Assembly: GCA_022774645.1 (NCBI GenBank)
Contig: JALFKQ010000032.1
Location: 94,253 to 158,252 of the forward strand
DNA from: Mycoplasmatota bacterium
GTDB taxonomy: Bacteria > Bacillota_I > Bacilli_A > RF39 > UBA660
Direction of reading: 5' to 3'
DNA length: 64,000 nt
How positions within the stretch are numbered: position 1 is the stretch's first letter; the number at the start of each line of letters is the position of its first letter. The position numbers and the translations under genes were made by a program. The notes under the pieces are model-generated. The model was not told the origin of the DNA, ran no database searches, and was given only the letters and a program-made list of their open reading frames with translations. Shown here in pieces: positions 1-11,400 of this stretch.

Positions 1-728
1 TTTATTTTTACTGTTATTGGATTTGGATCTTTTACAGTAACTATTATTGTATATGTTTTTGTACTTCCATTTTCAGCTGTTACTGATACCTTTATTTTGT
101 TATCTCCTTCAGTTACAGAATGTTCTCCTGTTCCAGAAATACTTGCTTTTGAGTCTTCTTTAGTTGCATTTACTTTTATTTTTTCTGTATTTGAATTGGC
201 TTCTGCTTTATATTCAGTTGTATTCTTATTGAAAGTAGGAGATAGTTTTAATCCATCAATTGATAAGCTTTTTAAATTATTATTTTTTGAATATGAAGCT
301 TCTAGTTGTGCTTGAGTTATTATATTTATATTTTTAGTACCTTTTGTAAGTGACATTGTTTTTTCGGTTTTATAGTCATATACTGCGGCTGATTTAACAG
401 TTACTGATGCATTACCTGTTGCGATAGCTTTAAATTTATATGTATATGTTTTTGATTTGATTTTACTATCACCATAATCTTTTACTGTTGATGGACCAGA
501 TACTAATTTTAATTTTTTAGTATCATAGCTCATTGTCCATTCCCAAGTACCTATTGTATTTGATGATGATACTTTAACATTAACTGTAAATGTTTTACCT
601 ACGACTATTCTGTTTGTGCTTGATGATACATGTATTGATGCGGAAGCAGCAGATACTTTACTTACACTTGTGAATAAAAGTAGTAGGGTAAACATTATTG
701 TAAATAATCTGTTTATTTTTTTATTCAT
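1..728 (-). CDS. secreted cohesin-like plus cadherin-like beta-sandwich domain protein (3' end runs off the window)
   Basis: Absent from the ORF track because it is truncated. ATG is at complement 726-728, just downstream of an AAGGAGGA RBS. My translation is MNKKINRLFTIMFTLLLLFTSVSKVSAASASIHVSSSTNRIVVGKTFTVNVKVSSSNTIGTWEWTMSYDTKKLKLVSG... This shows a signal peptide and a cohesin-type pattern, followed by LKSLSIDGLKLSPTFNKNTTEYKA, which is the cadherin-like repeat signature. Confidence 0.6.
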   Translation of the reverse strand, partial: MNKKINRLFTIMFTLLLLFTSVSKVSAASASIHVSSSTNRIVVGKTFTVNVKVSSSNTIGTWEWTMSYDTKKLKLVSGPSTVKDYGDSKIKSKTYTYKFKAIATGNASVTVKSAAVYDYKTEKTMSLTKGTKNINIITQAQLEASYSKNNNLKSLSIDGLKLSPTFNKNTTEYKAEANSNTEKIKVNATKEDSKASISGTGEHSVTEGDNKIKVSVTAENGSTKTYTIIVTVKDPNPITVKI

Positions 729-738
729 TTTATCCTCC

Positions 739-2928
739 TTATAGTTCTTTATCTCCTAGTAAATATTTTTGTACTTGTAATAAATCTAATATTGTTACTT
801 TTCCATCTCCTGATGTATCAGCAGCAAGAGTAGATTCTTTCGTTAGTTTTTTATCTCCTAGTAAATATTTTTGTATTTGTAGTAAATCTAATATTGTAAT
901 GGCTCCATCTCCTGATAGATCACCATTAACAATCATTGTGAAACTTTTTGTTTCCATAGCTGTTACTATTTTTATTTTTGTACCAGTTGTTATATATGAC
1001 TTATCTGTTAATTCTTTATTGTTACTATCTGTTATTGATATTGATAGAGCTTTTGCTGATAAAAGTTTTTCTTTTATAAGACTTACATTTGTTTTATTTT
1101 TAATCTTCAATATGTAATTTCCATCACTAGTTAATCCTGAATTTTGAAGTGCATCATTTACTGTTGTATTATCTTCAACTCTAATAATTGTTACTACATA
1201 TTTCTTTTCTTCTTGTGTTTCAGATAACACTGTTATTGTTATATCTGTTTCTTTATCTTTAAGTTCATATTTTCCAGTACCAGAAATACTTGCTTTTGAA
1301 CTTTGTGTTGTAGCTTTTATATTAACTTCATTTACTGTGTTTGGAATGTATGTTTCATAAGTTAGTACATCTTCATCAAATGTTGGAGTTATATGATATC
1401 CTTCAACTTCAAGTGTTTTTAAGTTATTATTCATATCTCCACTTTTAGGAAGAGAAGTATATTCAGGCATATCTAAATATACAGGGATTTCAAATGTAAA
1501 TTTTTGATTTAATTGATTTGCTTTTTTTAAAGCATCGTAAGTTTTATTTCCTTCTGTTGCTGGTGCTTGTATGTTTGTTTGATATTGATGAGTATATTTA
1601 TCGTAATAAGCATTTGGTCCAACATTAAATTTTTGATAGTATAATGTACCTTGTCCTGCATTTACATATCCTTTTGCTAGAAGACTACTTCCTTCTAATA
1701 TTGAAGTTTCAATGTTATCCCATTTATTACCATCTCTATTTATTAATTTAGCAGCATAGGCAAGACCTCTTGTTATTGCAGAATATTTAACTCCATCTAT
1801 TGTTGTTTCATAGGCACCAATATTGAAGAAGTTGTAATATCCACTATATGTTTTACCTTTCCAAGTGAATTTTGTTCCATTTGTTGAATCACTTCCATTT
1901 GGTCCAACTTCTAGTCTTATTCTTGTTGCAATATGTAATGGACTGATTTTATGACTTTTCGCTGCATTAAACATTGGAACAGTATATTTATCATCTGCTA
2001 GTTTTCCGCCACTAAATACTGATTTTATAAGTGCTGGATATTCTTTTTCTAATGTTTGATCGTAATTTAAATCTTCAAACATAAATATTCTTTCTTCTGT
2101 AAGCCAGTTTCTTGGGTCAAGATAAAATGCAATTACTCCTGAATTTACTTTAAACCAACTTGAACCTTCTGCAGGTTTACTAGATGTTCTATAGTTATCA
2201 TTTTTGGTTTGCATATAATTTTTACCTTCTTCACCACTTACTGAAGAAGCAAATCTTTTTTTTGTAATACCTGGTTTAAATTGCCAATTTGGATATTTAT
2301 TATGTAAGTATGTTAAATAGGGAATATAGCTATCTGGAAAACCAGCCGATTTTAATGTTTTGGCATATTCAGCATCTTCTAAAATTGTATCTTTTTTTTC
2401 AGTAACATAATTTTTACATATATAACCAGTTTTATTTCCATAATATGATATTTGATGCCATTTACCACCTGAACAACCACTTGTACTTCCTGATACAGTT
2501 TTTAATATTGTTACATTTGCTCCAAGACTTAAAGTATCAAGAAGAGAACCTTTTGTTGCTGCTTTATTTCTTACTGCAACATTATTAGCATTGACTCTTG
2601 CTGTCCAATCAATTACATTTATTCCTGTAAAAGTATTATCTATAAAATTAACATATTTACTACAAACATAAGCTTCTTGCTCTTTATAAATTATTTTATA
2701 CCATTTATTTGAACAACCGCTTCCTGTATATAATGTTTTGTCTACTACTGTTATTGATGTACCTGCATTAACTGTTGCTATTATTGAATTATCACTATTT
2801 GCATTATGTTCTTTTCTAATTCTAACTGAAGTTCCTTTTATTTCAGCTGCAAAGCTTGCTTTTATATTTAGTGGTACAAATAAGAATAGTGTAATTAATA
2901 GTGTAAATAAAATATTCTTCTTATTCAT
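739..2928 (-). CDS. secreted peptidoglycan hydrolase: 2x SH3b, GH73-like N-acetylglucosaminidase, cadherin-like module, C-terminal dockerin
   Basis: Signal peptide. Two SH3b-like segments (GTSVRIRKEHNANSD...WYKI and VAVRNKAATKGS...WHQI). Glucosaminidase-like core (ISPLHIATRIRLEVG, YNFFNIGA, TLYYQKFNV). LKTLEVEGYHITPTFDEDVLTYETY cadherin-like repeat. Duplicated dockerin segments DLSGDGAITILDLLQIQKYLLG and DTSGDGKVTILDLLQVQKYLLG. Confidence 0.7.
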   Translation of the reverse strand: MNKKNILFTLLITLFLFVPLNIKASFAAEIKGTSVRIRKEHNANSDNSIIATVNAGTSITVVDKTLYTGSGCSNKWYKIIYKEQEAYVCSKYVNFIDNTFTGINVIDWTARVNANNVAVRNKAATKGSLLDTLSLGANVTILKTVSGSTSGCSGGKWHQISYYGNKTGYICKNYVTEKKDTILEDAEYAKTLKSAGFPDSYIPYLTYLHNKYPNWQFKPGITKKRFASSVSGEEGKNYMQTKNDNYRTSSKPAEGSSWFKVNSGVIAFYLDPRNWLTEERIFMFEDLNYDQTLEKEYPALIKSVFSGGKLADDKYTVPMFNAAKSHKISPLHIATRIRLEVGPNGSDSTNGTKFTWKGKTYSGYYNFFNIGAYETTIDGVKYSAITRGLAYAAKLINRDGNKWDNIETSILEGSSLLAKGYVNAGQGTLYYQKFNVGPNAYYDKYTHQYQTNIQAPATEGNKTYDALKKANQLNQKFTFEIPVYLDMPEYTSLPKSGDMNNNLKTLEVEGYHITPTFDEDVLTYETYIPNTVNEVNIKATTQSSKASISGTGKYELKDKETDITITVLSETQEEKKYVVTIIRVEDNTTVNDALQNSGLTSDGNYILKIKNKTNVSLIKEKLLSAKALSISITDSNNKELTDKSYITTGTKIKIVTAMETKSFTMIVNGDLSGDGAITILDLLQIQKYLLGDKKLTKESTLAADTSGDGKVTILDLLQVQKYLLGDKEL

Positions 2929-3049
2929 ATATACTCCTTATCATTCTCATTATTAATAATTATAACAAAATTCTACATATTTTTCATTATAAATAGGGGA
3001 ATTTTACATATAAAAAACTAAATAATTTTTGATTATTTAGTTTAAAAAG

Positions 3050-3679
3050 CTAATTTCTTTCTTTATATGTATCAACAACTAATTTATTATTGTATTTTTT
3101 AAAGGTAAATTCATATATTTCATTAATACTTTTATCATTGTAATCAGTGGCCGTTACATCGACAGTGTAAGATAAATCTTTAATTTTCGTGATTTTATTT
3201 ATTTTATATTCAGGATATTCACCGCCACCTTGTCCTTTTCTAATGTAGCCATTTTCATCTTTTATATATTTGTCACCATATTCTTTATTAAAATAATCTT
3301 CTGTCATATAATTTAAAATTTTATTTTTAAAGTCATCATATTTAACATTAGTTATGATAAAATCACTTTTTTCATCATATACTTCTTTACTTTCATCATA
3401 TCCAATATTTAAATAGTTTAAAATACTATCTGTATGTCCTTTGCCATCAATAATTAGAAACTCTGAGATTATTTTTCTTAATTCTTCTTCTGTTGGTTCA
3501 TTAGTAATATTCTTTGTTGTAGTTGTCAATTTGTTGTTATTGCTATTATTATTGTTTTTGCTTTCATTATTGAATTTAAATATAATTACTCCCAAAAAAA
3601 TTATGACTATTAATGCAATAACTAATAATATTGTCAATATTGTTGTTTTCTTTTTTTCTTTAATATCTATTCTCTTCAT
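3050..3679 (-). CDS. membrane-anchored hypothetical protein with Asn-rich linker
   Basis: Long ORF with an N-terminal TM helix (TILTILLVIALIVIIFLGVIIF). I recognise no family. Confidence 0.55.
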   Translation of the reverse strand: MKRIDIKEKKKTTILTILLVIALIVIIFLGVIIFKFNNESKNNNNSNNNKLTTTTKNITNEPTEEELRKIISEFLIIDGKGHTDSILNYLNIGYDESKEVYDEKSDFIITNVKYDDFKNKILNYMTEDYFNKEYGDKYIKDENGYIRKGQGGGEYPEYKINKITKIKDLSYTVDVTATDYNDKSINEIYEFTFKKYNNKLVVDTYKERN

Positions 3680-3791
3680 AATGTTATTCTATCATTTTTC
3701 TTATTTTAGTGCAATTCTTTTAGTATTTTATTAAATTTATTGAAAAAAATGTTGTTATTAGTTTATAATAATTACTAGGGAGTTGAAATAT

Positions 3792-4865
3792 ATGAATTTT
3801 GAAGTTAATGGTTATAATATATTTTTAATTGTTTCAGTATGTTTCTTATCTTCATTAATATTTGTACAGATAATGAAGAAGGTTGCTATATTTTTAAAAA
3901 TATTAGATATACCAAATGATCCTAGAAAGATTCATAAGAAGCCAGTTCCATTACTTGGAGGTCTTGGAATATTCTTTGCATTTTTGTTAGGATATATGAT
4001 TTTTGCACCTAAAAATAATCTTATGATTGCTGTTTTAATAGGTTCGTTCTTAATTATGCTTTTAGGTCTATTTGATGATATGACTAAGAGTGAGACACCC
4101 ATGCCTAATAAATATAAGGTTATTGTTCAATTAATAGTTGCTGCTATTGTTGTATTTTATGGTGGACTTGAACTTACAAAGGTTACTTTATTTGGAATAA
4201 CAATTAAATTTAATACAGTACCGCTTTTAAGTGAATTACTATCTATACTTGTCATAGTTGCTACAATAAATGCTATTAATTTAATTGATGGTTTAGATGG
4301 GCTTTGTGCTGGAATTAGTTCTATATATTTTTTAACAATTGCTGTTATTGGATTTATATTAAATAAATTTGGTGGTTTAGATGTAATTTTATCTTTGATT
4401 ATGTTAGGATCAACACTTGGATATTTAGTACATAATTTTCCACCAGCTAGAATATATCAAGGTGATGCGGGAAGTACATTCTTAGGTTTTATGATTGCTG
4501 TTATATTCTTACTTGGATTTAAGACTACAACATTAACTTCACTTATTATTCCTATGCTAATACTTGCAATTCCAATTATGGATACTTTATTTGCTATAAT
4601 AAGAAGAAAATTAAAAGGACAAAGTATTGATCATGCTGATAAAGAACATCTTCATCATCAATTACTAAAACATTTTTCTAAGAAAAGTTCTTTACTTGTT
4701 ATATATGCTATAAATATATTATTTTCAGTTACAACAATATTCTATGTATTAGGTAATAAGAAAACAGTTATTTGTTGTTATGTAGTACTTATGTTTATTG
4801 TATTATTCTTAATACTTAAAACAGATATTGTATTTGATTGGACTAGTAAAAAGAATAAGAAGTAA
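3792..4865 (+). CDS. tagO: undecaprenyl-phosphate N-acetylhexosamine 1-phosphate transferase (GT4, MraY/WecA/TagO family)
   Basis: Polytopic membrane protein with the family motifs LFDDM, NAINLIDGLDGL and YQGDAGS. ATG 3792 sits about 10 nt after GGGAG. The track start at TTG 3783 is less likely. Confidence 0.85.
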   Translation: MNFEVNGYNIFLIVSVCFLSSLIFVQIMKKVAIFLKILDIPNDPRKIHKKPVPLLGGLGIFFAFLLGYMIFAPKNNLMIAVLIGSFLIMLLGLFDDMTKSETPMPNKYKVIVQLIVAAIVVFYGGLELTKVTLFGITIKFNTVPLLSELLSILVIVATINAINLIDGLDGLCAGISSIYFLTIAVIGFILNKFGGLDVILSLIMLGSTLGYLVHNFPPARIYQGDAGSTFLGFMIAVIFLLGFKTTTLTSLIIPMLILAIPIMDTLFAIIRRKLKGQSIDHADKEHLHHQLLKHFSKKSSLLVIYAINILFSVTTIFYVLGNKKTVICCYVVLMFIVLFLILKTDIVFDWTSKKNKK

Positions 4866-5018
4866 TTAATACCCATTTCAATGTTGAAATGGGATTTATA
4901 ATGTTTAAATGTTAATTAAATGTAAATAACTCGTATTATTTACTATAATTTAACAAATATATTGTTGATATTTTGAAATATCGGTAAATTTTGCTATAAT
5001 AATTTTAGAGGTGAATAG

Positions 5019-5987
5019 ATGAAAGTAGGTGTTTTAGGTGCTGGTGCTTATGGTTTGGCACTTTCACACATATTAGTTAATAATAAAGTTTATGTAACTG
5101 CTTGGACTCATGATGAAAATGAAGCCAAGATTTTAGATAAAGATAGAATAAGTAAAAAGTTAAATGATTATAAAGTTCCGAGTGAAATTAAATTTACAAC
5201 TTCTTTAAAAGATGCAGTTGTAAATATGGATTTAATTGTTATGGCAATACCAGCTTTTGCTTTTGAAGAGGTAACTGTTAAACTTAGTAAATATATTAAA
5301 AGAAAACAACCTGTTTTAATTGCAACAAAAGGTATTCAACAAAATACTTGTTTATTTTTAAATGATGTATTTTCTAAATATTTAAAAAATAGCATTGCTG
5401 TTATAAGTGGTCCTACATTTGCAGTTGATATGATTAAAGATGCTCCAATAGGATTTAGTTTAGCAACTAAGAGTCATAAAACTGAAATGATTATTAGAAA
5501 ATGTTTTGAAAACTCTACAACTAAATTTAGAAGAACTAAGGATATAGTAGGTATAGAAATATGTGGAAGTATTAAAAATGTTATGGCTATTGCTTCTGGT
5601 ATGCTTGAAGGTATGGGTGTAACAGATTCTACAAGAGCATTATTCTTAACTGAAAGTATGAATGATATAAAAGAATTAATTGATGCTTTAGGTGGTAAAA
5701 AGAAATCAATATTATCTTTTGCTGGTTTTGGTGATATTTTAATGACTTGTACTAGTAAAAACTCAAGAAACTTTAGTTTTGGTTATTTAATCGGAAAGGG
5801 TGCGAGTACTAAAGAAATAAATGATTATTTAGAAAATACTACTGTTGAAGGTATGTATACATTAAAATCTATTCATAAACTTGTTAGAAAAAAGAAAGTT
5901 AAAATGCCAATAATAAATTTAATACATGATATTATTGAAGGTAAAAAAGATAAAGAAGAGATGTTGAAATTTTTAATTTTAAAATAA
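5019..5987 (+). CDS. gpsA: NAD(P)H-dependent glycerol-3-phosphate dehydrogenase
   Basis: MKVGVLGAGAYGLAL Rossmann motif, plus ATKGI, ISGPTFA, GSIKNV and FGDILMTCTSKNSRN, collinear with GpsA. Confidence 0.9.
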   Translation: MKVGVLGAGAYGLALSHILVNNKVYVTAWTHDENEAKILDKDRISKKLNDYKVPSEIKFTTSLKDAVVNMDLIVMAIPAFAFEEVTVKLSKYIKRKQPVLIATKGIQQNTCLFLNDVFSKYLKNSIAVISGPTFAVDMIKDAPIGFSLATKSHKTEMIIRKCFENSTTKFRRTKDIVGIEICGSIKNVMAIASGMLEGMGVTDSTRALFLTESMNDIKELIDALGGKKKSILSFAGFGDILMTCTSKNSRNFSFGYLIGKGASTKEINDYLENTTVEGMYTLKSIHKLVRKKKVKMPIINLIHDIIEGKKDKEEMLKFLILK

Positions 5988-6000
5988 TTGAGGTATAAAT

Positions 6001-7179
6001 ATGAGAAAAATAAAGAATATAATTTTAATAATATTACTTTGGCTATTTAAATGGCATTTAAGAATTATATATTTCTTTATTAAGTTATTTACTATTAGAA
6101 AGAAAAGAGTGTTTTTCTTAAGTAGACAGTTTGATAGTGTTCCTTATAATTATCAAAGATTAATGGATGAACTTACAAAAGATGGTTATGATGTTAAAGT
6201 AATATGTAAGAAAGTTTCTTCTGGTGTTAATTCGGCTGTTAGAAATGAAAAGAAGAATAGAAAAGGTAATAAAGAATTATCTTCTACTATTAAATATTAT
6301 TTTAATCTTTATAAACAAATGGTTTATGCAGCTACATCTAAAGTAATTATAGTAGATGGTTATAATATTGTTAGTAGTTTGTTAAAACATAAAAAGGGTA
6401 CAACTATTATTCAATTATGGCATTCACTTGCAGCTATTAAGAAATTTGGTTATCAAACAATAGGTTATCCAGATGGATTAAATCCTAAAATAGCTAAGAT
6501 GTTATGTATGCATTATAATTATGATTATGTAATTAGTGGTTCAAAAGCAATGAATAAATATTTTGCTGAAGCATTTAATGTGGACATTAATAAAGTCTTA
6601 GAAATAGGTACACCAACAATTGATTTCTTGCTTGAAAAGAATGATAAAATTGTAAATCAAATATATAAAGAATATCCAAGATTAAAAAAGAAAATTAATT
6701 TATTGTATGCTCCAACATTTAGAAGTGATGGAAGAAATAATGCAGATGAATTAATTAAGAATATTGATAGTGATAAATATAATTTAATTATATCTTTACA
6801 TCCAAAAGATATAGCTAAGAAAGATGATAAAGTAATATGTATTGATAGAGATAAATATACTACTTTTGATTTTATTAGAGTTTCTGATTATGTTATAACT
6901 GATTATTCAGCTGTAGCAGTTGATTCTTGTATTCTTAATAAAAAAGTTATATTCTATGTTTATGATTATGATCAATATAATAAAGAAAATGGTATTAATA
7001 TTGATTTATTTAAAGAATTACCAGGATGTACATTTAGGAATGTAAAAGATATGGTTAATATGCTTGATAATAATAAATATAATGAACAAGCATTTCAAAA
7101 ATTTAGAAAAAAATATGTAACTAATTTAAATGGTGGAAGCACTAATAAATTAATTAAATTGATAGAGGAGAACTTATGA
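6001..7179 (+). CDS. CDP-glycerol glycerophosphotransferase (TagB/TagF family)
   Basis: N-terminal membrane-associated helix. QLWHSLAAIKKFG and YAPTFR motifs, and VITDYSAV, typical of the TagB/F family. Confidence 0.85.
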   Translation: MRKIKNIILIILLWLFKWHLRIIYFFIKLFTIRKKRVFFLSRQFDSVPYNYQRLMDELTKDGYDVKVICKKVSSGVNSAVRNEKKNRKGNKELSSTIKYYFNLYKQMVYAATSKVIIVDGYNIVSSLLKHKKGTTIIQLWHSLAAIKKFGYQTIGYPDGLNPKIAKMLCMHYNYDYVISGSKAMNKYFAEAFNVDINKVLEIGTPTIDFLLEKNDKIVNQIYKEYPRLKKKINLLYAPTFRSDGRNNADELIKNIDSDKYNLIISLHPKDIAKKDDKVICIDRDKYTTFDFIRVSDYVITDYSAVAVDSCILNKKVIFYVYDYDQYNKENGINIDLFKELPGCTFRNVKDMVNMLDNNKYNEQAFQKFRKKYVTNLNGGSTNKLIKLIEENL

Positions 7180-8435
7180 AAAAGATAAAAGCAATGATTA
7201 TAGACATTTGTAAAAAGAATGTTGTATTTCGTAAAATGATAAGATTTTTCAGACTATTTTTTAAAAAATTAAATTATTTAAAATATAAATTAAAATATAA
7301 AGTTGATGATAAAACTATATTTTTTGAAGTTTATGATGGAAGAAATTATACTTGTTCTCCTAAAGCAATATATGAAAAAATGCTTACTATGAAAGAATTT
7401 AAGGATTTTAAGTTTATATGGGCATTTAATGATCCTAGTAAACATGATGTTATGAAAGATAAAAGATTAGTGATTGTTAAAACTAATACTAAGGATTATT
7501 ATAAATATATTTCTAGTTCTAAGTATTGGATTGTTAATTCAATTATGGATGAATGTATAACGAAGAAAAAAGGACAAGTTTATGTTCAATGTTGGCATGG
7601 AACACCACTTAAGAGATTAAGATATGATATTGAAGTAAATGGAGCAGTATTAAATACTATAGAAGAAATAAGAAAAAGAAATGATAGAGATGCGGTTAAA
7701 TTTGATTATTTTATTTCACCAAGTAAATATTGTACTGAAAAGTTTACTTCTGCATTTAATTTAATTGCTTTAGGTAAAAAGAATATTATAATTGAAGAGG
7801 GGTATCCTAGAAATGATTCTTTATTTAATAGAGGTAAAAAAGATATTGATAAAATAAAAGATAAGTTAGGTATTCCTAAAGATAAAAAAGTTATTTGTTA
7901 TTTACCAACATTTAGAGATAATCAACATACTTCTGGTGTTGGATATACTTATAATTTAGCAATAGATTTTGACTCTTTAAAAAAGAGATTTGGTAAAGAC
8001 TATGTTATATTATTTAAACCACATTATTTTATTGCTAATAAGATAGATTTATCTAAATATAAAAACTTTGTTTATAATGTTGCAAATTACGATGAAATAA
8101 ATGATATTTATTTAGCTAGTGATTTATTAATCACTGATTATTCTAGTGTATTTTTTGATTATGCTAATTTAAATAGACCAGTTATGTTTTATATGTATGA
8201 TTTTGATGATTATAAGAATAATTTAAGAGATTTTTATATTTCATTAGATGAATTACCTGGTCCAATAGCTAAAACTCAAAAAGAATTAGAAGATTATATT
8301 GTTAATATTGATAAGAGTATTTCTAAGTATAAGAAGACTTATGATAAGTTTAATGATAAATATAATTATTTAGATGATGGAAATGCTAGTGAAAGAGTTA
8401 TAAGGGTAGTGTTTGATAATTTATTCAAAAAATAA
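7176..8435 (+). CDS. CDP-glycerol glycerophosphotransferase (TagF family)
   Basis: QCWHGTPLKRL, YLPTFRD and LITDYSSVFFDY motifs. ATGA overlap with the upstream gene. Confidence 0.85.
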   Translation: MKKIKAMIIDICKKNVVFRKMIRFFRLFFKKLNYLKYKLKYKVDDKTIFFEVYDGRNYTCSPKAIYEKMLTMKEFKDFKFIWAFNDPSKHDVMKDKRLVIVKTNTKDYYKYISSSKYWIVNSIMDECITKKKGQVYVQCWHGTPLKRLRYDIEVNGAVLNTIEEIRKRNDRDAVKFDYFISPSKYCTEKFTSAFNLIALGKKNIIIEEGYPRNDSLFNRGKKDIDKIKDKLGIPKDKKVICYLPTFRDNQHTSGVGYTYNLAIDFDSLKKRFGKDYVILFKPHYFIANKIDLSKYKNFVYNVANYDEINDIYLASDLLITDYSSVFFDYANLNRPVMFYMYDFDDYKNNLRDFYISLDELPGPIAKTQKELEDYIVNIDKSISKYKKTYDKFNDKYNYLDDGNASERVIRVVFDNLFKK

Positions 8436-8461
8436 TTTTTTCTCATGAAAGGTTGTGTTAT

Positions 8462-11400
8462 ATGAATGATATTAAGAAAAAAGTTGTTTTGATTCCATCT
8501 GCTTATAATAGTAAAGTTATGGGAGACATAGAAAATTTTATAAAATATTATAAAGATATTTTTGATTTATATGTTTTATATGATAAAAATAATAAAGAAG
8601 AAAATGGTATTAAATATTATAATAAGGATGATAAATATGCTAATTATTTAATTTATGTTGCTGATTATATTATTGATGCAGGATCTATTAATGGTAAAAC
8701 AAGAGTATGCAACACTCAAAAAAGAATTAGTGTATGGCATGGTATTCCATACAAGAAAATGTTTATTGATTTAGATAAAAGTTATGTAGAAGAAGCTCTT
8801 GAATATGATTATGGTGTTGATTTAATGGTTTCTCCTTCAAAATTTTATACTGAAGAGTTTTTAAGAAAATCAATGTTATATAACGGTGAAGTTCTTGAGA
8901 CAGCTGTTTCTAGAACAGATAGTTTATTTAAAAATAATGAAGAGAAAAATACTATTAAAGAAAACTTGGGAATACCATTAAATAAAAAGGTATTGTTATA
9001 TGCTCCAACATATAGAACTAGTGGAAACTTTGAGTTACCTTTTAATCCAAACAAATTATTAGAAAAGTTAAATTCAAAGGGAAAAGATGAATGGATATTG
9101 GTAGTTAAATTACATTATTTAAATAAATTATCTAATGTAAGTAGTAGTATTGTTGATTGTACTTCTTATCCGATTGTTAATGATATTTTAGCTGTTTCTG
9201 ATATGCTTATTACTGATTATTCAAGTTTGTTTTTTGATTATTCCATTTTAGATAAACCTGCATTATTTTATCAATATGATAAAGAATCTTATGAAAAAGA
9301 TCGTGGTTTTATGTTTTTGTTAGATTCATATGTTGATAAAAAATATATTATTACAAAAGAAGATGAATTAATTAATAATATTTCTAAGTTTGTTGGTGTT
9401 AAGAATTTATCAAAAGTTAAAAAGGAATTTTATCCATATCAAAAACCTGATTCTACAAAAGAATTGGTTAAAAAAATAAATTTGGATTCTAGTCCTAGAA
9501 AGATAAAAGATATAATTTTTTTAGTCAATGATTTGAATCAAGGTGGAGGGGTTCATAATTTTATAATGAATCTTGCTCATGAATTTAAAGAAAAATATAA
9601 TTCTAGAATATTTGTTTTTGGTATTAATGAATTTGCGAATTCAAATGAAGTATTACAAATATTTGATAAAGATAATTATATTGATGTTAAATTGTCTAAA
9701 GAAAATGATTTGAAGGCTATTGAGTCTATTTTAAGAAATACTGATGGTTATATTATATCTTGTCAGTTTGGAGCACATAAATCATTTGAAAGATATTTAA
9801 AGGATAAAAATAGTTTCTTAATGTTTCATGGAGATATTAAAGATGTTGTTAGTAAAAATATGTATAAATGGCAGCTTAATGCTTTAAATAATTTTGATTT
9901 ATATAATTATAAGGAATTATTATTATTAACAGAGGGTAATGCTGAAATATTAAAGAAGCATTTAAATAATAAAATTATTGATAAAGTTGGTTATGTTGAA
10001 AATTCATTTAGCTTTGGAGAGCATAAAAATTATTATAAGAAGAATGGTGAATTTGCTTTAATATCTAGATTAGACGATGATAAGAATGTTTTTGATGCGA
10101 TTAAAGTATTTGCTAGTAAAAATATTAATAAGTCTTATAAATTACATGTTTATGGTGATGGTAAATTAAGAAATGAATTTGAAGCTGAGATTAAAAAATT
10201 AAAATTAGAAAAGAAGATAATTGTACATGGATATTGTAATGATAAAGATGAAATGTATAAAGATAAACAAGGAATAATACTTACTAGTTTAAGCGAAGGT
10301 TTTGCATTAATATTACTTGAAAGTACTAATTATGGAATACCAACTTATTTATATAATTCGTTTACAGCTTTAAAGGAATTTAAAGATTATAGTACTATTA
10401 AACTTGTTAAAACATCAGATATAGAAGGATTTGTTGATAAGTTAAATAATGATACAAAGTTTGATACTAAAGATTTTTATTCAATAGAAGAAAAATTTTC
10501 TAATGATACTATTGTTAATAAATGGTTAGGTTTGTTTGATAAGATTGAGAATGAAGATTATGTTAGATCAAGTTTTAAAAATAGATTAAAAGATTTTATA
10601 AAGAATTCTATTTCTTTTGCTAAAAAGAAACTTGGTGTTATTTATAGAAATTATTTTAAGGAATATCTTTTAAGACATAAAAAAGCAATTTTTGATGTGA
10701 TAATAAATTTGAAATATATAAAAGTTAAACTAAAGACTTTATTTTCTAGTAATAAACCTTTAGTAAGTATTATTGTACCTTTTTATAATAATTTGGATAC
10801 AATTGATAATTTATTAAAATCAATAAAAAAATCTGGTTATAAGAATTATGAAGTAATATTAGTTAATGATGGTTCAGATGAAGATCCAAAAGATATTATT
10901 AGTAAATATGATAGAGTTAAATATTTTTATAAGAAGAATGAGGGTCCTGGATTAACTAGAAACTTTGCTTTAAAGAATGCAAGTGGTAAATATGTTTTCT
11001 TTATTGATTCAGATGATAGAATGTGTAAAGGTGCTTTAAATAATTTAGTTTATTTTGCTGAAAAAAATAAACTGGATATGGTTAGTGGTTTATGTAGAAG
11101 AATAAATAATGATACAAAAAAAGCTACTTTTTGGAATAGAGGATTATATAAAAAGAATTATATTAATCAAAGAAATAAGAGATATGTGTTATTTAATGAT
11201 ACTATTAGTACTGCTAAATTATATAATTTAAAAGAATTAAAAAAATCAAAAATTGAATTTGTAAGTGGTTTATATGAAGATAAACTATTTATGGCAAGAA
11301 TTTATAAGTATTTTGATAAAATTGGTATTATAAATACTCCTGTTTATGATTGGTATGTTTATGGTGAGAATACATCTATAACTACAACTTTTGATTATAA

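Noticed and set aside
97-315. Track ORF 97-315 (+), and similarly 899-1117 and 2738-2956 (+)
   Set aside because: These lie antisense within the cohesin-like and hydrolase genes, which have clear domain content. They are hydrophobic, low-complexity translations typical of the AT-rich antisense frame.
3441-3734. Track ORF 3441-3734 (+)
   Set aside because: It lies antisense to the 3050-3679 gene. It has no RBS and gives a poly-Leu/Phe/Val translation.
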